This document shows, piece after piece, positions 38,481 through 52,900 of a stretch of DNA of 64,000 bases. The position numbers and the translations under genes were made by a program. Position 1 is the first letter of the stretch, and each line of letters opens with the position of its first letter. This stretch comes from Haliotis cracherodii (Eukaryota). The stretch spans positions 63,612,001 to 63,676,000 of the forward strand of contig NW_027266286.1 in the NCBI RefSeq assembly GCF_022045235.1, given 5' to 3'. Under the pieces are notes generated by a model. It did not search any database. It was not told where the DNA came from and was given only the letters and a program-made list of their open reading frames with translations.

Positions 38481-41344
38481 TTTGACTGGGCAGCACTTCC
38501 TGGGAGACCTACATCACTTTGGGATTTCCTTACACGTCATATAACTGAAATACTGTGAAAAACGGCGTTTAACAAAACTCATTCATCCGTATCTTAATAG
38601 TGCATATCTGGCATATCATAGACATACAAAAGAAACAAAACCGTACAATGTACGTTGACAAACTTTATGATGAGTGATTATGTCGTTTTACAGCATTCCG
38701 TTCAAAATTCAAGGAGGACAAAACAAAATTATCTTTACATAATATGCTTTTATTTTCGTTCAGCATGCATGCAGTCCCCCAAATGTTTTCAGATAAACGT
38801 TTTGTATGCGCAGTTGATCCTCACACAGCTGTGCTTCAGCTGTGAGGTCAGGGATGATGTCGACTTCGCGTGGGATGGCTCATAGAGGCTGGATGAATGC
38901 AAACTTGTATTTATATGCATAATAAAACTACACAATGACTCGACATCACATTGATAAGTTTCTGGCATATTCACAATTACTGTTGCAGGGCATCTAAGAA
39001 GAGCATCCTGTTTATTTGAATTGCAATGCATGAGCAATTTGTGATGTTGATTTTCATGAATCTATGCGCCTCGGGTTAATCCTTGTTTGTAAATCTAATT
39101 CTTGGACTCGTTCAAAATGTATTTCATGGGCACAACAGAAATATTCATGATTCCTTTTAAGTAAATCCTAAAAACATTTATACAGTATTTATGTCAGATA
39201 GATTCAGTGGGTTTTTGTTATTCCGGCTTTCCACACTTAAACCGTTTTTATGAGTATGTGGTCATGGGACAAACTACAATTCATTTCTTCTATAAATAAA
39301 GCAAGAAAACCTTTTCCATATTCATAATCATTCCCTGCCAAAAAACGGAATCGATGGGACGATGCCGACTATATCATGAGCATGTGTTTATAAATCACAA
39401 TCAAATAGTAATGACACCAGGTGTTCGCGAAAAGGTGAGCGAATCCTGCCCTAGTGGTGGCATAGCATGTCTTAGCAGTTTTATTTATTTATTCACATAA
39501 CCAGGTAACGTGAATATTTCCTATTGAACACTTACACGTCCACATAACGAGAGTAATATTCAACGATTCGCATATTCGTAAAAGATATGTATTAGTACGG
39601 ATATTCATGAAAATCTATTTAGTGCGAGTGGGAGATTAAGTGTACTTCCCATACGATATATAAAAGTGTTTCCCGAGGTGGATGGAAACGTTCTTGATCT
39701 AACAACTGTTTAAATTAAAAAAAATAAAATTATACATATATACAACGTAACATATTGGCCATAATCGCGTATAACATGCACATCTCAACTGCAAATAAAC
39801 GAGAACCATTTTGAATTCTATTCGGGTTAATGAATGCGTTGAGGTGCATGCATGTCTATGTCCATTTTGAGTAAATAAATGGTTTAGTCTGTTTACCTTT
39901 ATAGAGTCGATGTTACATTTTCATGTCCATTCCGAAATATGAAATCTGTACTTTACTCAGAAAGTGTTATCCCAAATATAACACGTGTTACACTTGGCCA
40001 CTTTCTAAATGGCATTGTGTGTTCATGACCGAAATATGTAGTTTCAAACTGCACAGCTAATGCTTTATCATTCTTAAACTGCACTTCGAATAGGTGAGTT
40101 CAGATCAGGCTTTATACCCCATTGTGACCATGCAACAACCTGAGGTAACAATCAAAGGACATCACTAACATTTCTACCACAGTTAGCTTGTTTACAAACT
40201 GAAAAAGTGGAAAAATGAGTTATTATCATAAATAGACTCTTGCATTCGTGTCGTTTGATATGAAATGTATCAACTCGAGCTCGGGTGAGATTCTCTATAT
40301 CAACTTATGTCTCCGATTGAAGATTATTTTATCATCCCCATAATGACAATTCACTCACCTGTGTCATTAACTTTCATGAATATATTTTACATCAATCGCA
40401 CTACAAGGGAATAAAACGAAATCATTGATAATGGACAGTACAGTACTATAGAAATTTTTCATCTTTCATTGGGAAAAAGGTAACAAATCCGTTCGAGGAA
40501 ATCTTCAAAGGTGCAGAAACCGTGAGAAGAATTTTGATCAACGGAGGATGTAACGTGACCACAATACACAATCAAAACAAACTCGGCGGTTCCTACACAA
40601 ATATACATGATGCAAAAAACATCATATCAAACCATCATATCTCTTTCAAAATAATTCTTCCAAACAGAGAGAATATGGCGGCCATCTTTTGTACCGAAAC
40701 TATTTTAAAAAGTATATCTCAACCGGTTCAGGTTTACAAGCCTAGACATTCTAATCTGTCTGTGGTTCTCAGTCGGTCAAGATTCACAGCAACTTGTAAA
40801 TATTTGGAAGAGCTTATCGGTTTCTCTTCAACCTGATCCACATTCACATCAGAGGAATATAAATGGGATCTCAGATTTAATTACTTGATCTTGCATTCTA
40901 GATAGACCCCACGGCCTAGTTTTATATCTGAACATTTCTCTAAACACAATGAAGCTGTTTTTGCAACTGAATCCTTGGAGTCAGTGGTTGAACGGAGAGC
41001 ATTCAATTTGGTTAGTCACTGATGCGATTCAGTGCAAACAAGGTTTGTAAATAATTAAATACATTATTGATGTGAACTGAGGATATGTGGCCCCGACTGA
41101 GGTTTTTTGTATAGATGTTTATGTCAATGTTCAGTCATATATAATTATAATGATAGCGAGTGCCGTTACTCAAGGATATTTCAAATATGGGATACCGATC
41201 CACAAGAAGGGGAGGACAATTTGCGCCCACGGGGATGTCTACTTCTTGCCTAAATGTCTATCTCTTAGATTTTACATAGATGTTATCAATGAGGAAGTTC
41301 AGCATTTCACATATTTCAGTCAGTTAACTTCAGATGACATTTGC

Positions 41345-41525
41345 TTCCATTTTTTTTTATAAATTGACGTGAACCTCTGAATATAGATACGTTACTGTAT
41401 GTGTGTTCACCACGTTTTGTTACAAAAGCCCAAGGATTTCCGGAATGAAGTTTTTCCTTAAGTTTGTCATGTGGGATAGTAGTGTACAGAGTTGAAACAT
41501 AAAACGTATTGGCAGAATGGGAACA
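41345..41525 (-). pseudogene. Penelope-like element reverse transcriptase fragment
   Basis: Translation TFYVSTLYTTIPHDKLKEKL...WAF matches the PLE RT motif xFDFSTLYTxIPHDKLK with the catalytic D lost; abuts the 43-bp minisatellite. Confidence 0.7.
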
Positions 41526-41529
41526 TGAG

Positions 41530-41910
41530 ACAATGATGGGAAACTTTGAGACAACCACAAAGAAACTCATCAATAACTACAGAGGTCTGTACAACAACCA
41601 CATTAGAACTTTGAGACAACCGAAAGGGACCTTGAGACAATCATATGAGAACTTTTTGACAACCGAAAGGGACCTTGAGACAATCATATGAGAACTTTTT
41701 GACAACGGAAAGGGACCTTGAGACAATCATAATGAGAACTTTGAGACAACCGAAGGGGACCTTGAGACAATCATATGAGAAACTTTGAGACAACCGAAAG
41801 GGACCTTGAGACAATCATATGAGAACTTTGAGACAACCGAAAGGGACCTTGAGACAATCATATGAGAACTTTGAGACAACCGAAGGGGAACTTGAGATAA
41901 CTTGAGATAA
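41530..41910. repeat. 43-bp minisatellite (GAGAACTTTGAGACAACCGAAAGGGACCTTGAGACAATCATAT)n
   Basis: Unit starts at 41821 and 41864. Confidence 0.9.
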
Positions 41911-43994
41911 CAAAGCTTTAAGGCATCCGTAATTAAACAGTTCAATAACACAAGGGGACATGACAACTGAGGGAAACTTTAGACAACTGCATGACAAACG
42001 TTGAGACAGTTACAGGGACACTTTGATACTTCAACGGAGAAACAGTTATATTGACAGTGAGAAAACCACAGGTAAACTTGAAAATAACAACGAAAGAATT
42101 TAACGAAAATCTGAATTAAACATAGCTATGACATGGCTGTAATTTACACGCGACAGGGCACGTTCCATATTCATAAGAAATTTCTGCTTGTCCATTGTAC
42201 AATTCCGACTACGTCATAAACATGTATTTATGAATCATTGTCAAGTAGTCAGGATACCAGTTGGAGAGTTTCGAGGCAATGGAAGTTCAACGTACAATCA
42301 CACATGTGACCGTGTAAAAACGTGCAGATGGATCTCATGATTTGCTGTCATGCTTCGAGAAAGATATAACTTCCAAAGAACCGGGTTCAATATCTACACA
42401 TATGACCTCATCCTCATTTAAAAAATATATACACAGTACAAAGTTTCAGCCCTTTGTAATATTCAAACGCATACACATTGAAAACAGCGTGCAGTTCATT
42501 TTACTCAGCGGTAGATAAATTACAATGCAGATTTGGCAGGAATAAAACATCCTTTTTGAACTAAGGGCGTTCCTGTTTGAAAGTCAGTATGCTCTGAAGT
42601 TCTAATGACAGTGCAGTTTATACAGCCTTATGTTTGTGGTGCGAGTGTTATGCAGTGGCTGCAGCAAGGTGAACACGCACCGCCCTATGTTATTTGCCCA
42701 GGACGCCGGATGTTGGGAGATAGTGAGGCAGCATGAGAGGGACATCTTGACGAGTACAGATGCATGAGCAATACACATGTAACTGTCTTGTCATCTGCAC
42801 TCACTCAATCAACTGTTCAAGGATAAGATGATACAGGCAATAAAATTTATATATTACCTCTGCCGGAGCATACTACCTTATATGCTGAAAATAACATCTA
42901 TTAAATTGTATGTAATGTGACTTTGGGTTGTTGAAGCGATTACAAATGATTTCCAAATGAAGTTATTGAAATACAGACTCTGAGTTATATATGTGAAAAA
43001 TCTGAAAATGTATTTCCTTAAAAACTGAATTGATAAACGTTAAGACGATTGGCATGTTAAGAGGCGATATTTACATAGGTCGATGTCACGAATTTGTGTG
43101 CGTGAAGGGAAATATAAAGGATCGAAGTAATAGTTGGCTATGTCAAAGTTTCATTTGACGAACAATAAATTGGGTGACACATGGTACAAAACATCCCTTA
43201 TATATATTTTTGAGTGATGGTGTGGTCACACGTTGGCTCCCACACGGAAATAAAAGCGACAAAACAAGCGGGTTCGAATTCAAATCTGCCCACAGATGCT
43301 ATTTGTGTTTTACCCTACTCACGTCATACGCCATGTTTATATATCATTGACATGCAAAGATTGTTTCATATAAATTTATTTGATGAGGATTCTTTGATAC
43401 ATTTCTCTAAATTACATGCTTCCAGGAGTGAGAGAGTTTGGTTTACCACCGCTTTTAAAAGGTATTTCAGGTATATCACGAATTGCCGGACCTCGAATCA
43501 CAATCGAGTAACGACAAGCAGATCCTGAGCATGTTAAGGGAAGCAACTCGTGTGCAGTGACTACCGCATATGGTGCTAATAGCTACTGTGTAAGTATATA
43601 AAGAAACAAGTGCTTTAATGTCAAGATTCTTTTAACCATCAGTTATTCAAAGCATTCTTTAAAATGCTCACAAAAATCAATAAGGATATAACGTGGTAAG
43701 AGATATACACTCTTGTGTAAACAAATCACCACGCTAAGCACATGCAACATGCACATCTTAACATCATGAATATAAAGACAGACTTTTCTCCAGAAAAACA
43801 AAGAAGTGCACAATTAATCTGCCTCTGGCATGCCTACATCATATTTTGTGTCACGTATTATTTCTGTGCATTGCCTGGGGGAAACGCGGTCACGTTTCAT
43901 TTGACCTTGTGACGTTACAATCTTAGTCTCACTTGAGAACCCGCCGTAAAGTTTCCAAGACCTTTCATCGAAAGTAGTAAATATGATAACAGTG

Positions 43995-44055
43995 CTCCAA
44001 ATATGAGAGTGTTATAAATCAGCTCAAGAGGGGAAGGTGTTATATTTGCCCAGTG
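43995..44055 (+). promoter_or_regulatory. Putative TATA-type core promoter of exon variant 1
   Basis: TATAAA at 44013-44018, one-mismatch CArG-like CCAAATATGA at 43997-44006, about 130 bp before the ATG. Confidence 0.4.
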
Positions 44056-44143
44056 ATCTGGATGTTCTCGACAGATACCATTGGTGTACTGACAGGACAT
44101 TTGCTACACAAGAGGAATTTGTGATTCTGTCCTTTCTACAAAA

Positions 44144-44206
44144 ATGTCAATTTATCGCAACTACCGTGCTCCGAAATATGGTGATGCCAGAGACACCCAA
44201 ATGAAG
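44144..44206 (+). CDS. First coding exon (variant 1) of a calponin/transgelin/myophilin-like CH-domain protein: MSIYRNYRAPKYGDARDTQMK
   Basis: AAAATG start, 21 stop-free codons, strong phase-0 donor AAG|GTAAGA. The peptide fits the invertebrate myophilin/MP20-like N-terminal pattern (RAxKxGxxxExQxK) and aligns with the exon at 57335. Not in the ORF track because it is too short. Confidence 0.7.
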
Positions 44207-47200
44207 GTAAGATGGACTGTGATGGAATGACAGATGTATTGACCGACGATTCATTGGTTGGAAGCGACCACAGAGACTGCCACAGACTCCAAACATCCAA
44301 AGACGGCCATTCAAGATACATTGAATGTGACGTTAAAGGATAGGCGTTTGTAATGACAGTCATGGCAATAGGTTTTGTTTGTCAAAGGTATATGAAACGG
44401 TTACGTTTTTACTATGACACCAGTGAGACATTTTTATAGTTGTTTTTGTTTTTTATCACAGCTGTATGTCATGCCTATATATATAATGACTATGTCGAAT
44501 TCAAACAGTAGTAACTATAGGTTTTATAGGTCAGTGAATGAATAGGTACTGGAGTTACACATAACATTTTTAGCATACGTTCTTCACTTCAAACTGTATA
44601 TGTGACACAGGCTATCACAACATGAAACAGTTTAATGATTATTATCCAATTCGTATGGTTGAGTGTTTTGGTTGATAATTTTATTTCTGATTAAATTCAA
44701 TCATTACAGTTGAACGCAATTTGAATTAATTCGTGTTCGGCAAGGGTAACGTTATAACGTAATAATTTAGGTACCTTGAGGCTTCCATGCAGGGTCCATT
44801 TGCACAGAACGACCTCAGCGCTACGAGTATCTATCTATTAGTCCATGTTAGAGTATCCAAGTAGCGCTATGAGCGCAAGTAGACATTATGACGCTCTCCG
44901 GGCGGACGGTCTACCACTAGACCACGGAGGCGGTCCGAAAATCGGGGAATGAATAAGGGAACACTATCATGAAGTAGTGTTTCCTTATTTGTTTCCCTCA
45001 GTATATGTTTAAATTTTTAACGTTAAATGAGAGATATGTATTTTTCAAAAAACACATCACAGACTTTATGTTAGTCTAGTAATCCACCTGCGCAACCATC
45101 TGCGAGCTGCGACCTTGTTCGGTGTGGGTCACAGTGCCCAGACGTTATGGACCACTGTTTTTCTCTGACACAGTTTCTATCAATTACGGGACAGACGGTG
45201 TAGATGTAACTCTGACTATACGGCAAATGAAACCTAATAGTTTGACTATATCACACAGTAGCAGAGAAGGTAAACAATTGTAAAAATAAATATCAAAAAA
45301 TGAATAATTAATAGGGATTGATTGATCTTTAGGACTACATCCAAATGAGTAAACGCTAAATACTAGACGGAGACGGAGTTAATTTTAGCGCGCCCGTGTA
45401 AAGGCCATCCTATCACACCGCATCTGGTCGTGGCTAGGTATGGTCGGTGACGGAAACTAAAATATGTTACACCCATTTGCTAAAGCCTCGACAGTGAACT
45501 CGGGAGTGTCTCAAAGTCAACTTGAAATAATAAATACCAGATGTAAGAAAGCCTGGAGGTTATAGTGCACGAGCAAGCCATATCTATGAACGTCAATGAG
45601 GTGTACAACATACCACAGTTGTAAGTGAACACAGCATGGTGCATTTAACTGACGCAAGAGACACTTTAAAAGAGCGCAACAGTCAAATGTCAACAACTCG
45701 CGTTTTGTTTTTAACTTTTCTCCTCAGCTCTGTGGGGAGTATAATACTACCAGCTTAAGTACTTGTCTATCGAGAAGCATATCATAATCATTTACACCCG
45801 CACTACTCATTATGAAAAACATATCTTTATAACTTGATAATTATCATCCTGTAAGGGTACTGATAGGCCACAGGAGTGAGGTTCTGCGTTTGACAGAATC
45901 ATGTTCGTGGGTTCGAATCCCACATTCCCCCTGTTTCTTACACTTTCTTCTGTCAACACCAGTTGCGCGGGTTTCACAAATGTTAATTTATGACCCATTC
46001 TATTCGGTCTTCCCAACACCTCCCCCCAACCCGTAAAAAAAAAATCAGTGTGACATATGATAATTGTAAGAATCCCTACATCTTCCTTGATTAATATCAT
46101 TGTCACTTTGACATTCAATCTACCTGACACGATCCGGACCACAGAACATAGATAGATGTGCTGATCTTAATATTGTAAATGTATGATTCATAATCACTTC
46201 ATAGATTTATACAAACTCTTATAGATTTGTCATTTTCCTATGCTAATCCTCTGGGCAGTATTTGAATGTTCCACTCATGTACATTCTGGTGTAATTGTTA
46301 AACGACTAACGCAATCTAGTCAAACACAGTCTTCTATTATGTACATGTATATTAATAATTCATTTTTTATCGAAACGATAACGGTCAGCGGTATTGTGTG
46401 TATACGGTTATAAACCCGTATTATATACTTTAGTTCTCTAAGCTATGGGGGCATTTGGACTTCCCCGTCGAGATAAGGCAACAAAAGGAAACAGAAATGT
46501 AAGGACAAATCCGGACATGTATTCACTGACTCACGTTCCGCTAAGCGCTGACATACTCTACAACTGGGATTGGTGGATATCAAGGGGTCAACGCCTTAAT
46601 ACCAGGAACAAAAAAACCTAGCACATTCCATTCTGGGATATGTTTTAAATGTTATCTAATCATATTAAAGATCCTATCGATCTGTTACAAGAGTATTCAC
46701 TTTGGGTTCAAAATTAGGTACTGTTCGAGCAATAGGCTGTTATAAAGTATGTTCTGTTTATGTTCATATGTTCATCATATATAAATTATATACATATATA
46801 ACATTTAAAACCAACATAGATAACACCAATTACATACACAAGCATCATTAAGGCTGTAAAGGAAGAAGACTGTATATTCCACACCGACCTACGCCTCCGA
46901 CACATAAACTGAATGATATCATACCTACGTGATAGTGTGCAATGAATGCGAAATATATTAGGCATATATTCTGAACAATTTGAAGTTGTAAAGATTGGCA
47001 GAAATTAGGTTACAGTAAGTTATTATATCATTACATGCTCACGCGGCCTTGGACCTTTGTCATCTAGACCCAACTAACAAGTAAACCTGGTTGAAGTGTG
47101 GGTGAGCACATTGGCTGCTACCACATGGCGGCCTTACCCTGTTTGTAGGGTCTTCAGATATATCAATTTATCATTCCTTTACAAGGGAACGTTTGCCCAT

Positions 47201-49914
47201 ATCAACGGATTTATAGCTATCTTAATGTTGTTTTATGTTGTCAAGTCAATGAATCTGTACACAAAGGTCACAGCAAGCTCTAGAAGGACAATAAATCTGT
47301 CACAATGTCAAGCTAACGTCAAAGTGACGTTAACGTTGGATCACCGATGAAACGCTTTGATGTATCATATAGACTGCACTTCGTCCGATACCAAAGAAAT
47401 ATATCCGATGTTATTAGTATATTTTGACATATGTATCCTCCTGTTAACAATGAAGTATTCTTCTTTAAGCCAGCATGTAAACCATTTCGTTCTGTGCTAA
47501 TATGCTGAATTACCAGCTCTTAGAATACACGTGTAACGTGCGTATCCTACGCACTATCAAGGGTATTTTGTAGATGACATTAGAAATAAGAGTAAATAAT
47601 GCTTTCATAACTGAAATATATCAAATTTATTTGTTGCTTTTTCTCAGAAGATATTTGTTGGAGAATGAATACCAAAATAATGCTACCATTTAATATCATT
47701 ACACAAAAAATATATGAGACGAGACTATTTATGAAGAATAGTCAACATGTGTATCATGGCAACTGACATATATTCGCATAATCGTGTGTGTCAGCGATCC
47801 ATAAGCGCTTTGACTTGGTTATTAATAAACAGGCACGGAACAATGTTTCATACTGTACAACCCCAAGCTGAAACTTTTATAAATAGACTCAAATACAACT
47901 ATTTTACATTAGAGGCTGTCATTCTGACAATGATTCTTCACACCTTGTCCTGACGTGTTATCTAAATCTAGCCCTAACGGCCAGTTAACATGATTTATTG
48001 TTTTTACAAAACGGGTTTCACTGATAGGCGTAGCAGATGTCTGATAAATATATGTAGACAGCGTATATGAAGACACACTCTAGTTTTATTAACTAGAAAT
48101 CAATGAAAATACCTTGAAATATATGCTACGATTCATAAATAAATTTGCTCAATTGGAATTCTGGAGAAAGATAGGTCCCCAGCACACCATGATGAGTTAA
48201 CGGGATGGCGTGTTTACAGTGTTTGATCTAGCAACATATGTGCCATCAAACACAAGCGTCGGTCGTTGCTCATGTTCTCAACCACTGGTTTGCCTTGTCA
48301 TGACATATTTATAGACCGACAAGTTAATGCTGGAATATTGCAGTATGAAACATCATTCACTCACACACTCACTGGGTTAATTATTTCGTACTGCTTATGT
48401 CAATGCACTTTATTCAAATAATTGAAACAGAATTGAAAATAAACTAGTCGCAATACTTTGACATACGTCATACACACATACAGCGATTAATAGTAATCAA
48501 CTGGGACTATATAGGGCTTTGTTAAAGTTATGAGTTATAACAATACTAGGTATTCAGCAGGGATGGCTATTACACCCCTATTTCTCTATATAAAATATGC
48601 AACGTACACATGCATAATTTCTACACCTTACTGTGTGGTATTAAACAATCATACTGCGTCTTTGTTGCACGGACACGGATGTAATAACATACATTTTCTA
48701 GTACAAAACAGAGGGATTCAGCTGCATTGGCAGTGTAAAAACGCGTAGATATACGCTGTTCTTGTTATGGTATAGACACATACAAGTGACGTTCACACCA
48801 AAACCTCTGCCAATGCCTACTCTGTGAATAAATTTAAACAAGCTTTAGGAATGTTATCCATGCAGGACGTAAATCAATGACATATTTATCACACTCTTAG
48901 GAATTTCACGCGATATGGAAGCCCATTGTAAACCCAACCCTCTTGTGGAGTATCATCTAGCACTTCTCATAACCACAGTTCCTCCTGTGTAAGGGACATA
49001 TGTAAGCGATCCATTATAGCATATTTCCGGCGACCGGTACATACAGGGCGTCTGGAATTGACCGATAACAGTTGTGGTTTAAAGTTAATCCAGTGCGCTC
49101 AATTTGTTGCAACAATAGTTTCTCTTTGTGGGCTTGTACCTTTGTCACCTTCTATATCAGTCGTGACCTGGCAAAAATATGCACATATAATTTCATTACT
49201 ACTAAGTCTTTTATTTGATTCGTGTACCGAAGTGAAAGGTCACAGTGTCAGCTTTGTTGGGTGTAAGCGTTGGCCAAGAAAAGATCATACGTACACATAC
49301 GCGAAATACTGTTAATCTGATTTATGTCGTTACAGTATATATCATAAATGGATCAGATGTAAACCTCTGACATATCCGTAGATAAGCCACAGTTTTCAAT
49401 AAGCCGCTTTATGGACCGACCATTTGATATTCGAGGGGGAGGGAGAGTGTGTGTAAGTGGGGGAGGGGGGAGGGGGGAGGCTTGAGGTAAATGCTTGAAA
49501 TATTAAGAAATAATTTCTGCTAGAAACAGTATATTTAAAGTCATAGTTTTACTTGAAGACATCTGGTTTTGCAGCTGCAGCTGAAATAATATCTAATCCT
49601 TATACCAAATCCCAGTCTTGTAACATCCATTGTTTGTCTAATCCTTGAATGTCAAGAGTTCTCTGTAAATTGTCCCGTTTACTATATGGATGCCCTGTGT
49701 GCACAAGCGGAAGCCTTACATGGATATGTTATTTGAGACAATGTGTATAAACATATCCGTGTTCACCACAATGTCACCGCCATGTCATAATAATCAATGC
49801 CTTTCACTTTCAAAATCTTTCGAGTATATAGAGGCAGGGTCAGTTTGGCAGCACATTATCTTTACCCCAAAAGTGACTGTTTTGATGTTCATATTACGAA
49901 GTTGAGTAGTGCAT

Positions 49915-52900
49915 TATGAAAGAAAGCAGAGAGAGCGTGAATAAGAGAACGAAGAGAGTGTGAATGAGAGAATGTAGAGTGTGATTGAGAGAATGTAGAG
50001 AGTGTGAATAAGAGAATGAAGAGAGTGTGGATGAGAGAATGAAGGGAGGCTGTGATTGAGAGAATGTAGAGAGCGTGAATGAGAGAATGTAGAGTGTGAA
50101 TGAGAGAATGTAGAGTGTGAATGAGAGAATGTAGAGAGTGTGAATAAGAGAATGAAGAGAGTGTGGATGAGAGAATGAAGGGAGGCTGTGATTGAGAGAA
50201 TGTAGAGAGCGTGAATGAGAGAATGTAGAGTGTGAATGAGAGAATGTAGAGAGTGTGATTGAGAGAATGTAGAGAGTGTGAATGAGAGAATGTAGAGAGT
50301 GTGAATAAGAGAATGTAGAGAGTGTGATTGAGAGAATGTAGAGAGCGTGAATGAGAGAATGTAGAGTGTGAATAAGAGAATGTAGAGAGTGTGATTGAGA
50401 GAATGTAGAGAGCGTGAATGAGAGAATGTAGAGAGCGTGAATGAGAGAATGTAGAGAGCGTGAATGAGAGAATGTAGAGTGTGAATAAGAGAATGTAGAG
50501 AGTGTGATTGAGAGAATGTAGAGAGTGTGAATAAGAGAATGAAGAGAGTGTGGATGAGAGAATGAAGGGAGGCTGTGATTGAGAGAATGTAGAGAGCGTG
50601 AATGAGAGAATGTAGAGTGTGAATGAGAGAATGTAGAGAGCGTGAATGAGAGAATGTAGAGTGTGAATGAGAGAATGTAGAGAGTGTGAATGAAAGAATG
50701 TAGAGAGTGTGAATGAGAGAATGTAGAGAGTGTGAATGAGAGAATGTAGAGAGCGTGAATGAGAGAATGTAGAGAGTGTGTATGAGAGAATGTAGAGAGT
50801 GTGAATGAGAGAATGTAGAGAGTGTGAATGAGAGAATGTAGAGAGTGTGAATGAGAGAATGAAGAGAGTGTGAATGAGAGAATGTAGAGTGTGATTGAGA
50901 GAATGTAGAGAGTGTGAATAAGAGAATGAAGAGAGTGTGGATGAGAGAATGAAGGGAGGCTGTGATTGAGAGAATGTAGAGAGCGTGAATGAGAGAATGT
51001 AGAGTGTGAATGAAAGAATGTAGAGTGTGAATGAGAGAATGTAGAGAGTGTGAATATGAGAATGAAGAGAGTGTGGATGAGAGAATGAAGGGAGGCTGTG
51101 ATTGAGAGAATGTAAAGAGCGTGAATGAGAGAATGTAGAGTGTGAATGAGAGAATGTAGAGAGTGTGATTGAGAGAATGTAGAGAGTGTGAATGAGAGAA
51201 TGTAGAGAGTGTGAATAAGAGAATGTAGAGAGTGTGATTGAGAGAATGTAGAGAGCGTGAATGAGAGAATGTAGAGTGTGCATAAGAGAATGTAGAGAGT
51301 GTGATTGAGAGAATGTAGAGAGCGTGAATGAGAGAATGTAGAGAGCGTGAATGAGAGAATGTAGAGAGCGTGAATGAGAGAATGTAGAGTGTGAATAAGA
51401 GAATGTAGAGAGTGTGATTGAGAGAATGTAGAGAGTGTGAATAAAAGAATGAAGAGAGTGTGGATGAGAGAATGAAGGGAGGCTGTGATTGAGAGAATGT
51501 AGAGAGCGTGAATGAGAGAATGTAGAGTGTGAATGAGAGAATGTAGAGAGCGTGAATGAGAGAATGTAGAGTGTGAATGAGAGAATGTAGAGTGTGAATG
51601 AAAGAATGTAGAGAGCGTGAATGAGAGAATGTAGAGAGTGTGAATGAGAGAATGTAGAGAGCGTGAATGAGAGAATGTAGAGAGTGTGAATGAGAGAATG
51701 TAGAGAGTGTGAATGAGAGAATGTAGAGAGTGTGAATGAGAGAATGTAGAGAGCGTGAATGAGAGAATGAAGAGAGTGTGAATGAGAGAATGTAGAGTGT
51801 GATTGAGAGAATGTAGAGAGTGTGAATAAGAGAATGAAGAGAGTGTGGATGAGAGAATGAAGGGAGGCTGTGATTGAGAGAATGTAGAGAGCGTGAATGA
51901 GAGAATGTAGAGTGTGAATGAGAGAATGTAGAGAGTGTGAATAAGAGAATGTAGAGAGTGTGAATAAGAGAATGTAGAGAGTGTGATTGAGAGAATGTAG
52001 AGAGCGTGAATGAGAGAATGTAGAGTGTGAATAAGAGAATGAAGAGAGTGTGATTGAGAGAATGTAGAGAGCGTGAATGACAGAATGTAGAGAGCGTGAA
52101 TGAGAGAATGTAGAGAGTGTGAATGAGAGAATGTAGAGAGTGTGAATGAGAGAATGTAGAGAGTGTGAATGAGAGAATGTAGAGAGTGTGAATGAGAGAA
52201 TGAAGAGAGTGTGAATGAGAGAATGTAGAGAGTGTGAATGAGAGAATGTAGAGAGTGTGAATGAGAGAATGTAGAGAGTGTGAATGAGAGAATGTAGAGA
52301 GTGTGAATAAGAGAATGAAGAGAGTGTGAATGAGAGAATGTAGAGAGCGTGAATGAGAGAATGTAGAGAGTGTGAATGAGAGAATGTAGAGAGTGTGAAT
52401 GAGAGAATGTAGAGAGTGTGAATGAGAGAATGTAGAGAGCGTGAATGAGAGAATGTAGAGAGGGTGTGAATGAGAGAATGTAGAGAGTGTGAATGAGAGA
52501 ATGTAGAGAGCTTGAATGAGAGAATGTAGAGTGTGAATGAGAGAATGTAGAGAGCGTGAATGAGAGAATGTAGAGAGTGTGAATGAGAGAATGTAGAGAG
52601 TGTGAATAAGAGAATGTAGAGAGTGTGAATGAGAGAATGTAGCGAGTGTGAATGAGAGAATGTAGAGAGTGTGAATGAGAGAATGTAGAGGGTGTGAATG
52701 TGAGAATGAAGAGAGCGTGTGAATGAGAGAATGTACAGAGAGTGTGAATGAAAGAATGAAGTGAATGAGAGAATGTAGAGAGTGTGAATGAGAGAATGTA
52801 GAGAGTGTGAAGGAAAGAATGTAGAGAGTGTGAATGAGAGAATGTACAGAAAGTGTGATTGGAAGAATGTAGATTGAGCGTGAATGAGAGAATGTAGAGT

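Noticed and set aside
41530-41910. CRISPR-like appearance of periodic repeats (also 9780-11245 and 17425-17960)
   Set aside because: No unique spacers, no cas genes, eukaryotic context.
45875-45930. tRNA-like B box GTGGGTTCGAATCCCAC (and tRNA-like SINE heads elsewhere)
   Set aside because: No complete cloverleaf or acceptor stem; SINE-derived. No true tRNA gene called in the window.
49889-51283. 464-aa minus-strand ORF (and 173-aa ORF at 54646-55167)
   Set aside because: Translation of the 21/23-bp minisatellite; the pyrimidine-rich strand rarely forms stops; low-complexity HSL/TLY repeats.
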